NCBI GenBank assembly: GCA_001784435.1
Contig: MFQZ01000003.1
Coordinates: 3,022 to 67,021, forward strand
Length of the DNA: 64,000 bases
Reading direction: 5' to 3'
From: Candidatus Magasanikbacteria bacterium RIFOXYC2_FULL_42_28
GTDB lineage: Bacteria > Patescibacteriota > Patescibacteriia > Magasanikbacterales > GWA2-37-8
The notes beneath the pieces were generated by a model. It was not told the DNA's origin, made no database searches, and was given only the letters and a program-made list of their open reading frames with translations. Shown here in pieces: positions 1 through 10,059 of the stretch. Within the stretch, counting starts at the first letter, position 1, and the number at the start of each line of letters is the position of its first letter. Both the position numbers and the translations under genes were made by a program.

Positions 1-1930
1 GCGTCTCTACCACCAGCGATGATTTACCGGAACCCGACACACCAGTAACGCATACCAAACGCTCTAACGGAAAACTCACGGTAATATTTTTTAAATTAAA
101 CGCCTTGGCGCCTACGACCGTCAATCGGGAACAATTTTTACCGCAAAAACGTGGCGTCGCTTTTTCCACCACTTTAACTTTGCCGGATAAATACTGACCG
201 GTAAGTGAATCGGGATTATTTTTTACTTTTAAAAATTCCCCCTCGGCCATAATTTTGCCACCATACACCCCGGCGCCCGGACCAACGTCGATTAAATAAT
301 CGGCCGCTCGCATCATCGCCGCATCATGCTCCACGACAATTACCGAATTGCCTAAATCGCGCAAATAACGCAAAGTGGCGATTAATTGCTCATTGTCACG
401 CGGATGCAAACCAACGGACGGTTCATCTAAAATATAAATAACGCCCGAAAGACCGGATGACAACTGGCTCCCGAGACGCACGCGCGTAATTTCACCGCCC
501 GATAGTGTGGTTAAAGACCGATCTAAACTTAAATACCCCAAACCCACTTTACGCAGATTATCCAAACGCGCCAAAAGTTCGGTCCGCAACTGATCGCTGG
601 CCGGCAAACGTTCAATTTTAATTTTACTCAAAACCGCAAATGAATCATCCAAACTTAACGCCGCGATGGTCGCGATATTTTTACCATCAATTTTTACCGC
701 TAATGATTCGCGCCGTAAACGTCGGCCCTGACAATCCGGACAAATTAACTCGCGCATATACTGCTCAATTTCGCGACGAACATAATCAGAACCGGTTTCC
801 AAATGTCGCGCTCTCAAATCCGCCCGCACGCCCACAAAAGTAATTTTTTTACCATCCACAATATACTCATGAGCACCCACGCCGGTCAAAATTAATTTAC
901 GCGTTTTTTCCGGCAATTCAATAAACGGAGTATCCAAAGAAAAATCTTCCGCGAGCGCGGCTGCGACCAATAATTTTTGATAATAAACCTGATTACCGGT
1001 AATACGGGTCCAGGGCTGCACCGCGCCTTGCCCCAAAGTCAAACGGGGGTTAGGTACGATTAAAGCATCATCCACTTCCATCGTAATCCCGAGACCGGTA
1101 CAACGCGAACAAGCGCCATAAGGGCTATTAAAACTAAAATTGCGCACACTGAGTAGCGGATAAATTTTACCACAACGCGGACACAAACCCGAAGTGGAGA
1201 GAGTGATTTTTTCTTTACCGGACAATAACTGCATCACGCCGTTGCCCAATTCCAAAGCCGTCTCAACCGCTGTAACCGGACTCTGCTTTTTGATGTCTTC
1301 AATTTTTCCGGCCACTACCGCCACCTGATAACGTCGGCCGGCGACAAAATCATAATTGGCAAATTCGCGGCATTTGATAATTTTGTCATTAACCGATACT
1401 TCTTCCAAACCGGAACGCTCAATTCTTTCCAATAAAACTTTTTTATCAATTTTGTCGCTATCAATTAAGGGTGCGAGCACCACTACCGCGCCAGCGCGCG
1501 CGTAGCGACGAACCGTCGCGCCAATTTCACCAACCGTCGCTGATTTAGTTTTGAGCCCGCAGTCGGGACAATGCATCTCACCGGCGGACGCGTAAAGCAA
1601 ACGCAAATAATCATAAATTTCCGTGGCGGTGCCAACGGTAGAACGCGGATTTTGCGCAAATACTTTTTGATCAATCGCGATAGTTGGCGACAAGCCGTCA
1701 ATTTTATCCACATCCGGCTTATCACGCACGCCCATAAACTGACGCGCATACGAAGATAAGGACTCGGCATAACGCCTTTGTCCTTCCGCGTAAATAGTAT
1801 CAAACGCCAAAGAAGATTTCCCCGAGCCGGATAAACCGGTTACTACCACCAATTTGTTTTTCGGGATTTTGATGTTTACATTTTTGAGATTATGGACGCG
1901 CGCGCCTTTGATAGTAATTTCTTCTTTCAT
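1..1930 (-). CDS. uvrA: excinuclease ABC subunit A (UvrA), N-terminal ~643 codons; C-terminus continues past the window start
   Basis: Minus-strand translation from the ATG at 1930 reads [54 protein letters not shown], the UvrA N-terminal Walker A. Further in are [11 protein letters not shown]...[17 protein letters not shown]...VIVVEHD and, at the window edge, a second Walker [16 protein letters not shown]. The frame stays open to position 1, so it is absent from the ORF track only because there is no stop in the window. Confidence 0.9.
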   Translation of the reverse strand, partial: MKEEITIKGARVHNLKNVNIKIPKNKLVVVTGLSGSGKSSLAFDTIYAEGQRRYAESLSSYARQFMGVRDKPDVDKIDGLSPTIAIDQKVFAQNPRSTVGTATEIYDYLRLLYASAGEMHCPDCGLKTKSATVGEIGATVRRYARAGAVVVLAPLIDSDKIDKKVLLERIERSGLEEVSVNDKIIKCREFANYDFVAGRRYQVAVVAGKIEDIKKQSPVTAVETALELGNGVMQLLSGKEKITLSTSGLCPRCGKIYPLLSVRNFSFNSPYGACSRCTGLGITMEVDDALIVPNPRLTLGQGAVQPWTRITGNQVYYQKLLVAAALAEDFSLDTPFIELPEKTRKLILTGVGAHEYIVDGKKITFVGVRADLRARHLETGSDYVRREIEQYMRELICPDCQGRRLRRESLAVKIDGKNIATIAALSLDDSFAVLSKIKIERLPASDQLRTELLARLDNLRKVGLGYLSLDRSLTTLSGGEITRVRLGSQLSSGLSGVIYILDEPSVGLHPRDNEQLIATLRYLRDLGNSVIVVEHDAAMMRAADYLIDVGPGAGVYGGKIMAEGEFLKVKNNPDSLTGQYLSGKVKVVEKATPRFCGKNCSRLTVVGAKAFNLKNITVSFPLERLVCVTGVSGSGKSSLVVET

Positions 1931-1941
1931 AACAAAATTTA

Positions 1942-3378
1942 TTAATCAATATCTTCAATATCCGATGCCTCAATATCTATTCTTATACCACCGCCGGATA
2001 AAATCTTTGTCTTATCTATAAAGTATTGTTTGCGACTATCGGTAACATTTTCTTTTTTAGGGCGCCCCAAATCCTTGGCCTTACCCCCGTCTACACCAAC
2101 AAAATGCACTTCATCAAAAGAATCTCCATATTCATCCATCTCTAACATCAACGCAAAACCCCTAACCTTATCCGCTCCGCCACAATCTTTTACCGCATCA
2201 TCAATATCTTCTTTGGTCGTGGCTAATATATAACCGGCGATAGCATTAGAACCGCCCGATACTTTTCTGGCAGTACTATTAACTTGTTGCCACCAAGAAA
2301 CGACGCTGTTATTGTCACAAAATGCCACTAATTCCGATGCGGTAATATCAACCGGTTCATCATCTTCCCAACCATTGCCAATAAGATGCGTCCACCCCAA
2401 CATTTGCCGTCCAGGATCAGTAAACGGTCGGAATGTTCTGTTGTAAGTAATTTTGCCATAGATGGTTCCCTTTTCACATTTATACGTGCCTTTGGTTGCT
2501 GAAAATGGAATACAAATATTATCATCCGCCGCGCACCAATCCCCTTCGCAAGTTTGATAACCACTTTTATCTACCACAAATTTAGTATTGCAGGCCAAAG
2601 TTTGCGTCCGGTTTTTATTATTAGAGAACAGCTCTTTTTCATTAGAAACAATACCCCAATCATAATCAAATCCGCCCAAAGTTTTAAAATCATAAATTTT
2701 CATATCCGTGTTGGATGGCCCTACCAGAGCGAATTTAGAAGTGCTGGTCGGCAACTCCGAACAATATTCCGGCATTAACGTCTGCGACCTAATCATATAC
2801 ACCTGGGGCAAGCGCAAGTTTACCAACGCCGGATTAATAGTATTTAAAATAACATAAGAAAAATAAGCGATCATTAAACCAATCACCGCTCCACCAATGC
2901 GTTTTTTCGCGCTACTAATCATCTCACTGTTCCCGCCCGATGCCACCCATTGCGCCCCGGACAAAATAATCACAAGTACGGCCACAATCCCAGCCAAACC
3001 CACGCCATAATTATAAATAGTGATAATAAATTCACCGATATTTTCAAATTCTTTTTTGCCACCAAAAGAAATACTGGTAACGGTTTTTCCCACCGGCAAA
3101 CATTTGCCCCACAGCGGTTTCCCATCCGGACCGTTTTTGTCACACTTCCCAGCGCTGACACCAGACAACCAACCGGCTTCGGCTGCGGCATCATCCATAA
3201 CGTCATCAATGATATTGGTATTAATCTGCTTGCGCGCTTTCATACAATCCTCTTTCTGCCAACACAGCGGATTTAATTCCGGAATATCACTTTCGGCTCC
3301 GGTTTGGGCACGCGCCGGCGCTGATACAAAACCCAATACCAACCCGGCTAATAAAACCGCTAAAAGAATTTTACGCAT
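1942..3378 (-). CDS. secreted/membrane-anchored cysteine-rich protein of unknown function, possibly with a TrbC/VirB2-pilin-like two-helix membrane module
   Basis: 478-aa ORF with an N-terminal signal peptide ([25 protein letters not shown]), two hydrophobic helices ([21 protein letters not shown] and [21 protein letters not shown]) and a long C-terminal extracellular-looking domain with more than 15 Cys. The immediately upstream gene on the same strand is DsbA-like. Confidence 0.45.
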   Translation of the reverse strand: MRKILLAVLLAGLVLGFVSAPARAQTGAESDIPELNPLCWQKEDCMKARKQINTNIIDDVMDDAAAEAGWLSGVSAGKCDKNGPDGKPLWGKCLPVGKTVTSISFGGKKEFENIGEFIITIYNYGVGLAGIVAVLVIILSGAQWVASGGNSEMISSAKKRIGGAVIGLMIAYFSYVILNTINPALVNLRLPQVYMIRSQTLMPEYCSELPTSTSKFALVGPSNTDMKIYDFKTLGGFDYDWGIVSNEKELFSNNKNRTQTLACNTKFVVDKSGYQTCEGDWCAADDNICIPFSATKGTYKCEKGTIYGKITYNRTFRPFTDPGRQMLGWTHLIGNGWEDDEPVDITASELVAFCDNNSVVSWWQQVNSTARKVSGGSNAIAGYILATTKEDIDDAVKDCGGADKVRGFALMLEMDEYGDSFDEVHFVGVDGGKAKDLGRPKKENVTDSRKQYFIDKTKILSGGGIRIDIEASDIEDID

Positions 3379-3390
3379 ATAGTATAGTTT

Positions 3391-4134
3391 TTATTGTTTT
3401 TCTAAAAATTTATCCCAAACCGTGAAAGGAATTACCCCCTCCACTTTTTTGCCATTAATAAAAAATGTTGGGGTGCCACGCACACCAGCGGAATAGCCAT
3501 CCACATAATCGCGATTCACTTCGATCTTAATAGTACTTTGACGCAAACACACGGATAATTTGTTATAATCCAAACCAATCTGTCCGGCCACAACCTTGAT
3601 TTGTTCGGTTGACAACACCCCATTTAATTCAGTTTGATGCGCGTAAAACCAATCATGCGCCACCCAATACAGCCCTTGCTCGGACGCGCAATTGGCAATT
3701 TCCGCGAGTTGACCGGCGCCCGGGTGCGTGGACTCAACCGGAAAATCCCGAATAATTAATTTTATTTTATGGCCATACTTTTGTAAAACTTGTTTCATAA
3801 TCGGCAAAGCCGCCGAACAATTGGGGCATTTGAAATCCACAAATTCCACCACGACAATCCCGGCGGTCGGATTACCTAAAAACGGATCGTCAATCGACTC
3901 CACCTGTTCGCGCGTTACCGCATCGGCTCCACCGGCACCAACCGGGCCGGTAAAACCGCCGTAAACTTCCTGAAATAAAATTTCTCCGCGACCATTTTTT
4001 ATTTCAAAATAATAACGCGTGACCAAAATTAAAAAAATAATTGCCACCAAAGCAACCAACACTGCCAGACCGGCCAGCAAAATACCCCCAGTCGTTTGGT
4101 ACCAGCGTAAACGGGAGGAAAGTGGGATAGTCAT
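3391..4134 (-). CDS. membrane-anchored DsbA-family thiol:disulfide oxidoreductase
   Basis: N-terminal TM segment followed by a thioredoxin fold with the CPNC active site (VEFVDFKCPNCSAALP) and the DsbA-typical C-terminal RGTPTFFINGKKV. Confidence 0.75.
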   Translation of the reverse strand: MTIPLSSRLRWYQTTGGILLAGLAVLVALVAIIFLILVTRYYFEIKNGRGEILFQEVYGGFTGPVGAGGADAVTREQVESIDDPFLGNPTAGIVVVEFVDFKCPNCSAALPIMKQVLQKYGHKIKLIIRDFPVESTHPGAGQLAEIANCASEQGLYWVAHDWFYAHQTELNGVLSTEQIKVVAGQIGLDYNKLSVCLRQSTIKIEVNRDYVDGYSAGVRGTPTFFINGKKVEGVIPFTVWDKFLEKQ

Positions 4135-4209
4135 ATAAATTGAAAATATAGAAGTATTTTTAATCTGTTCATATTATACCATAATCTGGAAATAGTCAAA
4201 GGGGGGCAT

Positions 4210-4245
4210 TGACATTTCCCCGTTTTTGTGCTATACTATATGTAC
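4210..4245 (+). promoter_or_regulatory. near-consensus sigma70-type promoter (TTGACA, 17-nt spacer, TATACT) upstream of secG
   Basis: The sequence ttgacatttccccgtttttgtgctatactat has an exact -35 box, a 17-nt spacer and a TATACT -10. It is followed by the hairpin agccctttttgggct plus a T-run, then a second -10-like tataatat just before the secG ATG. Confidence 0.4.
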
Positions 4246-4288
4246 TGATAATTACTTCAGCCCTTTTTGGGCTTTTTCTCTATAATAT

Positions 4289-4507
4289 ATGATTGATACT
4301 ATTTTTAATATCGTCCAGTTGGTTCTGGCGATTTTACTAATCATCGTTATTCTCTTACAACAAAAGGGGGGCGGTTTGGGTGGGGTATTCGGCGGATCTT
4401 CCAATGTGTACAGCACCAAACGGGGCGTGGACAAAATTTTGTATTACGCCACCATTGTTATCGCCATCCTCTTCTTCGCCGGCGCTTTGCTAAAACTGGC
4501 AATTTAA
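4289..4507 (+). CDS. secG: preprotein translocase subunit SecG
   Basis: 72-aa protein with two TM helices and the SecG glycine-rich loop LLQQKGGGLGGVFGGSS. Confidence 0.8.
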   Translation: MIDTIFNIVQLVLAILLIIVILLQQKGGGLGGVFGGSSNVYSTKRGVDKILYYATIVIAILFFAGALLKLAI

Positions 4508-4525
4508 ACGCGCCCGCAATTTAAC

Positions 4526-6478
4526 ATGAACTGGACAAAATTAATCGACCGAGTCAAAACCGCGCTCGCGCGTCGGGGAACAAAAACCGATTTTGACAAA
4601 AAATTGTTCCGCCGTCTGCGACCGCGCGCTATTCCCTCTTGGCCACAATTAAAATATTTAGGCCGATTTTTGCGACCGCTGGAAAAACGTCTGCTCTTTG
4701 GTCTCACCGCTCTCGCCGTCATCGTCACCATGGCCTGGCTGGGAATTTTTGTTATCCGCCACTCCGGTTCCGCGCCTAAAATCGGCGGGGAATACCGCGA
4801 GGCGCTCGTGGGACAACCAAAATATATCAACCCGATTTTTTCCTCCATCAGCGACATTGACTCCGATCTGGTTGCCTTAATTTATTCCGGTTTATTTAAA
4901 TACGACCACAACCAAAAATTAGTAACCGACTTGGCGGAAAAATATACCGCCGGCACGGATTTAAAAACTTACGAAATAACTTTGCGCGCCGGTACTAAAT
5001 GGTCGGACGGAATGCCCATCACAATTAACGACGTTATTTTTACTTTTGAGACAATCCAAAATTTAGAAGTGGGCAGTCCCCTCGCGACCGCTTTTGAAGG
5101 CGTAAAAATTGAAAAAACGGGAGAACGAAGCGTGCGTTTTACTTTAAAAGAACCTTACGTCTATTTCTTAAATAGTTTGACAGTCGGGCTTTTGCCAGAA
5201 CACGTCTGGGCGCAAATTGAACCAGCCGGTCTAAAACTTTCCAAATACAATTTACAACCGGTCGGCTCGGGACAATGGCGCTTTGAAAAAATGACCAAAA
5301 ACGAATCCGGTGAAGTCCAAAATTACACTCTGGTTCCAAGCGTGAATTACTATGGCACGAAACCGTATTTCACGAGTGTGGAATTAAAATTTTTCGTAAA
5401 TTTCCCCGACGCGCTGACGGCTCTAAAAGGCCAACTGGTAGACGGGGTGGCCTTTGTGCCTAATGAACTAAAGGATAAAATTGGCCAACGCAATTATACT
5501 GCTTACCAAATTTTACTACCCCAAATTACCGCTCTGTTTTTCAATCCGGATAAAAAAACCGAATTAAAAGATTCCGATGTGCGCGCGGCGCTCACTTGGG
5601 CCACGCCCCGAGAAAAAATTATCGCGGACGCGCTCGGTGGCAACGCGATTTTGGCCGACTCCCCCCTGCCGACGATATCAGTTGCCCATCGCGCCGGCGT
5701 AAAATATGGTTTTGACCCCAATGAAGCCAATAAAATTTTGGATAAAAAATACAAAAAAATAGAACCGGAAGAATATTTTCGCCTGCGCCATGAAATGGAA
5801 TTAAAAACTTACCAAACCGAAATTGACACCGTGCGCGCCACCAACACCTCCACTCCCGAAATAGTATCAACCACTTTGGAAAAAATAGAAAAAGAAATCG
5901 CGACCAAAGTACGCGCCGAAATGAGCGCCGAACAAACATTCTACCGCGCGAGTGATAATAAAATTCTCCAAATAACAATCGCGGTGGCGGAAAATCCCGA
6001 ATACCTGGCCACGGCCGAAATCATCGCCACGGCTTGGAGAAAAGTTGGTGTCCAAACATCCGTAAAAATTGTTACCACTTATCAAATCAATCGCGAAATA
6101 ATCCGTGACCGCAATTACGACGCTTTAATTTACGGCGAAATCACCGGCGCGGACTACGACCTGTTTCCGTTCTGGCATTCATCCCAAGCCAAATATCCGG
6201 GCTTAAACTTGGCGAACTACAACAATCGCGACGCTGATAAATTACTGGAAACCGCCCGTGCCACCGCGGACGAAACCGAACGAATAAAATTAATTAATAA
6301 ATTCCAAGAAATCGTGGACGTGGGCGCACCGGCCATATTTTTATACACCCCCGCGCACTGGCTCGTCGTTGCCAAAAATATTCAAGGTATAAAAATTAAC
6401 GCCCTGACCAAACCGTCAGATCGCTACGATTATCTGGGGCAGTGGTACACCAAAACAAAGTGGCAATGGAAACCATGA
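4526..6478 (+). CDS. ABC transporter substrate-binding protein, family 5 (oligopeptide/dipeptide/nickel type), with N-terminal membrane anchor
   Basis: 650 aa with an N-terminal TM segment followed by SBP_bac_5-like sequence (KYINPIFSSISDIDSDLVALIYSGLFKYD..., DLFPFWHSSQ, APAIFLYTP). The length and the pattern of conserved motifs fit the OppA/DppA family. Confidence 0.7.
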   Translation: MNWTKLIDRVKTALARRGTKTDFDKKLFRRLRPRAIPSWPQLKYLGRFLRPLEKRLLFGLTALAVIVTMAWLGIFVIRHSGSAPKIGGEYREALVGQPKYINPIFSSISDIDSDLVALIYSGLFKYDHNQKLVTDLAEKYTAGTDLKTYEITLRAGTKWSDGMPITINDVIFTFETIQNLEVGSPLATAFEGVKIEKTGERSVRFTLKEPYVYFLNSLTVGLLPEHVWAQIEPAGLKLSKYNLQPVGSGQWRFEKMTKNESGEVQNYTLVPSVNYYGTKPYFTSVELKFFVNFPDALTALKGQLVDGVAFVPNELKDKIGQRNYTAYQILLPQITALFFNPDKKTELKDSDVRAALTWATPREKIIADALGGNAILADSPLPTISVAHRAGVKYGFDPNEANKILDKKYKKIEPEEYFRLRHEMELKTYQTEIDTVRATNTSTPEIVSTTLEKIEKEIATKVRAEMSAEQTFYRASDNKILQITIAVAENPEYLATAEIIATAWRKVGVQTSVKIVTTYQINREIIRDRNYDALIYGEITGADYDLFPFWHSSQAKYPGLNLANYNNRDADKLLETARATADETERIKLINKFQEIVDVGAPAIFLYTPAHWLVVAKNIQGIKINALTKPSDRYDYLGQWYTKTKWQWKP

Positions 6479-6520
6479 ACCAGATGCTTCGCATCGGTTC
6501 ATGGTAAACCCTAAAATTTT
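6466..6520 (+). terminator. hairpin plus T-tract terminator after the substrate-binding protein gene
   Basis: ccatgaacc-(14 nt)-ggttcatgg gives a 9-bp stem, followed by taaaccctaaaattttttaa. Confidence 0.4.
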
Positions 6521-6524
6521 TTAA

Positions 6525-6606
6525 GGGCATGTGGCGGAACTGGTATACGCGTACGTCTCAGAAGCGTATGGGGTAACCCATGAGAGTTCAAATCTCTCCA
6601 TGCCCA
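6525..6606 (+). tRNA. tRNA-Leu (anticodon CAG)
   Basis: Manually folded. Acceptor GGGCATG/CATGCCC; 3-bp D stem with D loop GAACTGGTATA; anticodon stem TACGT/GCGTA (one G-U pair) with loop CTCAGAA (U33, anticodon CAG, A37); 13-nt variable arm; T arm GAGAG-TTCAAAT-CTCTC; discriminator A; CCA not encoded. Confidence 0.85.
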
Positions 6607-6681
6607 CGACGCTTAGCGTCGTAGTCGGCACGCTTAGCGTGCCACAACGCTAAGTATTATATTCGGGACGCTTAGCGTCCC
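6607..6681. repeat. three tandem copies of a short palindromic hairpin repeat (ACGCTTAGCGT core) directly downstream of tRNA-Leu
   Basis: The copies are gacgcttagcgtc, cacgcttagcgtg and ggacgcttagcgtcc within 75 bp. The same palindrome type (gacgctaagcgtc / ggacgttaagcgtcc) recurs inside a coding region at 19529-19562. Confidence 0.5.
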
Positions 6682-6767
6682 ACGAGCGGCCAAATAATTT
6701 TGGTCGCGGTATTAATTTAACTTCAACCGGGCGACTTTAGTCCCCAACTTTATTCATCAAACATACT

Positions 6768-8537
6768 ATGATCTCGACAACAAACAAAACAATGCCCCAC
6801 TCCCGCCGACCCCAGCCCCGCACCCAGCGTAATTTCCGTCCGTCTTTTCCGCGTTTTCGCGATATTGTCGGCGGTCCGGCTAAATTAAAAGTAATGATCG
6901 TCGGCGGTATGGAAGAAATCGGCCGTAACTGCACATTCCTAGAATATGGCAATGATATTATTATCATTGACCTAGGCCTCCAATTCCCCGAAGAAGACAT
7001 GCCGGGCATTGATTACATTATCCCGAACATTTCTTATTTAAAAGGCAAAGAAAAAAATATCCGCGGTGTCATTATCACGCACGGCCATTATGACCACATC
7101 GGCGGCATCCCCCATATTATTCCGGCCTTGGGCTATCCTCCGATGTACGCTCTACCACTCACTAACGCCATCATCAAAAAACGCCAAGAAGATTACCCAG
7201 GCTTGCGTCCGCTTAATATTAATAATGTTAAATTGGAAGACCATTTGAAATTGGGAATTTTTGACATCGAATTTTTTCATGTCAATCACAATATCCCCGA
7301 TTCCATGGGCATTGTCGTCCACACACCCGACGGCACGATTGTGCACACCGGCGATTGGAAATTTGATTATCAACCGGTGGGCGAACAGCCGGCCAATTTA
7401 CAGCGCATTGCCGAAATCGGCGCCAAAGGTGTTACCGCTTTAATTTCCGATTCCACGAACGCCATGCATCCGGGCCATCAAATTTCTGAAAGTGAAATCG
7501 GCGTTAATTTGGAAACGTTATTAGAAAAAGCCAAAGGGCGCGTTATTATCGGGGTATTTTCTTCACTACTTTCGCGCGTTAAACAATTAATTGAAACTTC
7601 GGAAAAGTTAGGCAAGGTGGTAGCGCTCGGCGGCTTTAGTATGCGTTCCAATGTGGAAATCGCCAAGGCCTTGGGCTACATGAAATTCAGCCCCAAAATT
7701 TTAATTGACATTCGCGAAATAAACAAATACCCGCCAGAAAAAGTGGTGATTGTCTGTACCGGCGCGCAAGGCGAAAAAAACGCCACATTGATGCGCATTG
7801 CCACCGGCGAACACCGCGATGTCCATTTGATGCCGGGCGATACTGTGATATTTTCGTCATCGGTTATTCCGGGTAACGAACGCACGGTACAACGACTGAA
7901 AGACACACTATTTCGCAAAGGCGCCGAGGTCATTCATTACGAAATGATGGACGTGCACGCTGGCGGTCATGCCAAATCCAACGATGTCAAATTGATGTTG
8001 TCTCTCATGAAACCAAAATATTTTATCCCCAACCACGGCAACCATTTTATGTTGCGCTTAAACGGTCGGATCGGTGTGGCGATGGGTATGCCCAAAGAAA
8101 ATGTCTTTATCGCCGATAACGGCCAAGTAATGGAATTTACCAAAGGCGTGGGCGTGCTGACTAAAAATAAAATTGTTTCCGACTATGTGTTTGTGGACGG
8201 CTTGGGTGTGTCAGACGAAACCAATGTGGTGTTGCGCGACCGTCAGGTCTTGGCCGAAGATGGTATGGTTGTCGTAATCGCGACCGTGGATTCTAAAACC
8301 GGTCAACTAATCCAAAACCCCGACATTATCTCACGCGGATTTGTGTTTTTAAAAGAACACAAAGAATTAATTGAGGACTTGCGCAGTCGCGTGCGTAAAA
8401 TTGTGGCCGACTCCGACCCGCTCTCTTGGGCTGATACCAATAATATCCGCAATAAAATTCGCGATTACGTGGGGCAGTTTTTGTTTACAAAAACCGAGAA
8501 ACGGCCAATGGTGTTGCCGGTGGTGATTGAAGTGTAA
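6768..8537 (+). CDS. rnj: ribonuclease J (metallo-beta-lactamase / beta-CASP family)
   Basis: KLKVMIVGGMEEIGRNCTFLEYGNDIIIIDLG followed by the metallo-beta-lactamase motif ITHGHYDHIGGIPHI, at the beta-CASP length of 589 aa. The first ~40 codons are an Arg/Pro-rich extension, and the true start may be an internal Met. Confidence 0.85.
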   Translation: MISTTNKTMPHSRRPQPRTQRNFRPSFPRFRDIVGGPAKLKVMIVGGMEEIGRNCTFLEYGNDIIIIDLGLQFPEEDMPGIDYIIPNISYLKGKEKNIRGVIITHGHYDHIGGIPHIIPALGYPPMYALPLTNAIIKKRQEDYPGLRPLNINNVKLEDHLKLGIFDIEFFHVNHNIPDSMGIVVHTPDGTIVHTGDWKFDYQPVGEQPANLQRIAEIGAKGVTALISDSTNAMHPGHQISESEIGVNLETLLEKAKGRVIIGVFSSLLSRVKQLIETSEKLGKVVALGGFSMRSNVEIAKALGYMKFSPKILIDIREINKYPPEKVVIVCTGAQGEKNATLMRIATGEHRDVHLMPGDTVIFSSSVIPGNERTVQRLKDTLFRKGAEVIHYEMMDVHAGGHAKSNDVKLMLSLMKPKYFIPNHGNHFMLRLNGRIGVAMGMPKENVFIADNGQVMEFTKGVGVLTKNKIVSDYVFVDGLGVSDETNVVLRDRQVLAEDGMVVVIATVDSKTGQLIQNPDIISRGFVFLKEHKELIEDLRSRVRKIVADSDPLSWADTNNIRNKIRDYVGQFLFTKTEKRPMVLPVVIEV

Positions 8538-8544
8538 AAATAAA

Positions 8545-8590
8545 AACATGTAACCAATCAACCTCACTACTTAAGTGAGGTTTTTGTTTG
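8545..8590 (+). terminator. rho-independent terminator after rnj
   Basis: aacctcactacttaagtgaggtttttgtttg: a 7-bp stem (cctcact/agtgagg) followed by a T-run. Confidence 0.5.
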
Positions 8591-8630
8591 CCTAATAAAC
8601 TAAAAAGCGGTATAATATCACAGTCAAAAT

Positions 8631-9008
8631 ATGCTAGAAAGACCAGGGGCGAAAATAATAAACTTAGCCGAAGCTAGACGCAAGCGCGAAAATCCATGCC
8701 CTTGCGAAATTTGTAATATGGAAAAACAGGGATACAAAATGCCCCGGCTGGAAGAAAAAATGGGAGAATTAAAAAATTATTTACGTTTTCACAAACCCAA
8801 CCAAAATTCCGCGTTAATGTCACGCGCTTACGATAAAATGGTAATTTTACCACTAGCCACATTAGCACGCTCCCTACTCAACTGGGAATTAGACGGTAAA
8901 AATATCACGCCGGAATATACATTGGCGCTACTCATGCTAATTAAACAAAAAATTTCCGACGCGCGGGTAAGACACAACGCCAAAATTCCGCCACCGGATA
9001 TGATTTAA
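8631..9008 (+). CDS. hypothetical protein (125 aa)
   Basis: ORF preceded by a -10-like ggtataat; contains CPCEICN; no family recognised. Confidence 0.35.
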   Translation: MLERPGAKIINLAEARRKRENPCPCEICNMEKQGYKMPRLEEKMGELKNYLRFHKPNQNSALMSRAYDKMVILPLATLARSLLNWELDGKNITPEYTLALLMLIKQKISDARVRHNAKIPPPDMI

Positions 9009-9027
9009 AAAAATAATTTGTATATAT

Positions 9028-10056
9028 ATGCCCACCAAAAAACTCACCGTCGCCTTCTACGGCATCTGGCCGGAAATCAAAGACTATGTGCGCGCCAAAA
9101 TGAGTGGCTTCCATACCACCATTCACACCGAACCGATTAGTTTGGAAAATATGAACAAAGACGCGGACGTGATTGCGATTTTTGTGGAGTCGGCGTTGGA
9201 TAAAAAAATGATTCACGCTTTGCCAAAATTAAAAATGATTGCAGCAATGTCAACTGGCTACGATCATGTTGACGCCAAAGCCGCCCAAGCCAAGAAAATT
9301 CCGGTTTGCAATGTCCCCTTTTACGGCGAAAATACCGTGGCCGAACATGCCTTTGCTTTAATTTTGGGCTTAACCCGCAAATTATTTTTATCAACTAAAC
9401 GAGTTAAAGAAGGAGTATATGATTACCATGGTTTGCGTGGCACGGATTTAAAAGGTAAAACTTTAGGCGTTATCGGCACCGGCCACATTGGCGCGCATCT
9501 GATAAAAATGGCTAACGGTTTTGAAATGAATGTTTTAGGATATGACCCCTATCCTAACAAAGAATTGGCTAAAACTTTGGGATTCAAATACGCGACCTTG
9601 GACAAATTACTGGCCAAATCCGACATTGTGAGTTTGCATGTCCCCCTTTTCAAAAATACCTACCATTTAATCAACAAAAAAAATATTAAAAAAATGAAGC
9701 CGGGCGCGTATTTAATTAACACTGCGCGCGGTGCCCTGGTTGATCCGGAGGCACTTGTCTCGGCTTTACAAAGCAAACAATTGGCGGGGGCGGGATTAGA
9801 TGTTTTAGAAGATGAAAATTTTATTCAACACGAAGAAGCGTTAATGGCGAGCGGTTGTAAAGAATGTCAAATAAAAACAAATTTGATGAATAATATTATC
9901 ATTGACCACCCCGATACGATTGTGACTCCGCACAATGCCTTTAATAGCACCGAGGCATTAAAAAGAATTGTTGACGCCACTGTTGAAAATATTCGTTCGT
10001 TTGCGAAGGGTGAAATCATTAATGACGTAACGGCGGCAAAGCCAAAGAAAAAATAA
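9028..10056 (+). CDS. D-isomer-specific 2-hydroxyacid dehydrogenase (NAD-binding; D-lactate / hydroxypyruvate reductase-like)
   Basis: Rossmann motif GVIGTGHIGAHLIKMA, then catalytic-domain hallmarks INTARGALVD, GAGLDVLEDE and TPHNAF, with a short Cys-containing insert (CKECQIK). Confidence 0.8.
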   Translation: MPTKKLTVAFYGIWPEIKDYVRAKMSGFHTTIHTEPISLENMNKDADVIAIFVESALDKKMIHALPKLKMIAAMSTGYDHVDAKAAQAKKIPVCNVPFYGENTVAEHAFALILGLTRKLFLSTKRVKEGVYDYHGLRGTDLKGKTLGVIGTGHIGAHLIKMANGFEMNVLGYDPYPNKELAKTLGFKYATLDKLLAKSDIVSLHVPLFKNTYHLINKKNIKKMKPGAYLINTARGALVDPEALVSALQSKQLAGAGLDVLEDENFIQHEEALMASGCKECQIKTNLMNNIIIDHPDTIVTPHNAFNSTEALKRIVDATVENIRSFAKGEIINDVTAAKPKKK

Positions 10057-10059
10057 ATT

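Noticed and set aside
640-1803. Three short ORFs (640..843 +, 1483..1803 -, 1571..1759 +) in the ORF track
   Set aside because: They lie inside, and out of frame with or antisense to, the uvrA coding sequence. UvrA's frame was verified motif by motif, so these are chance ORFs.
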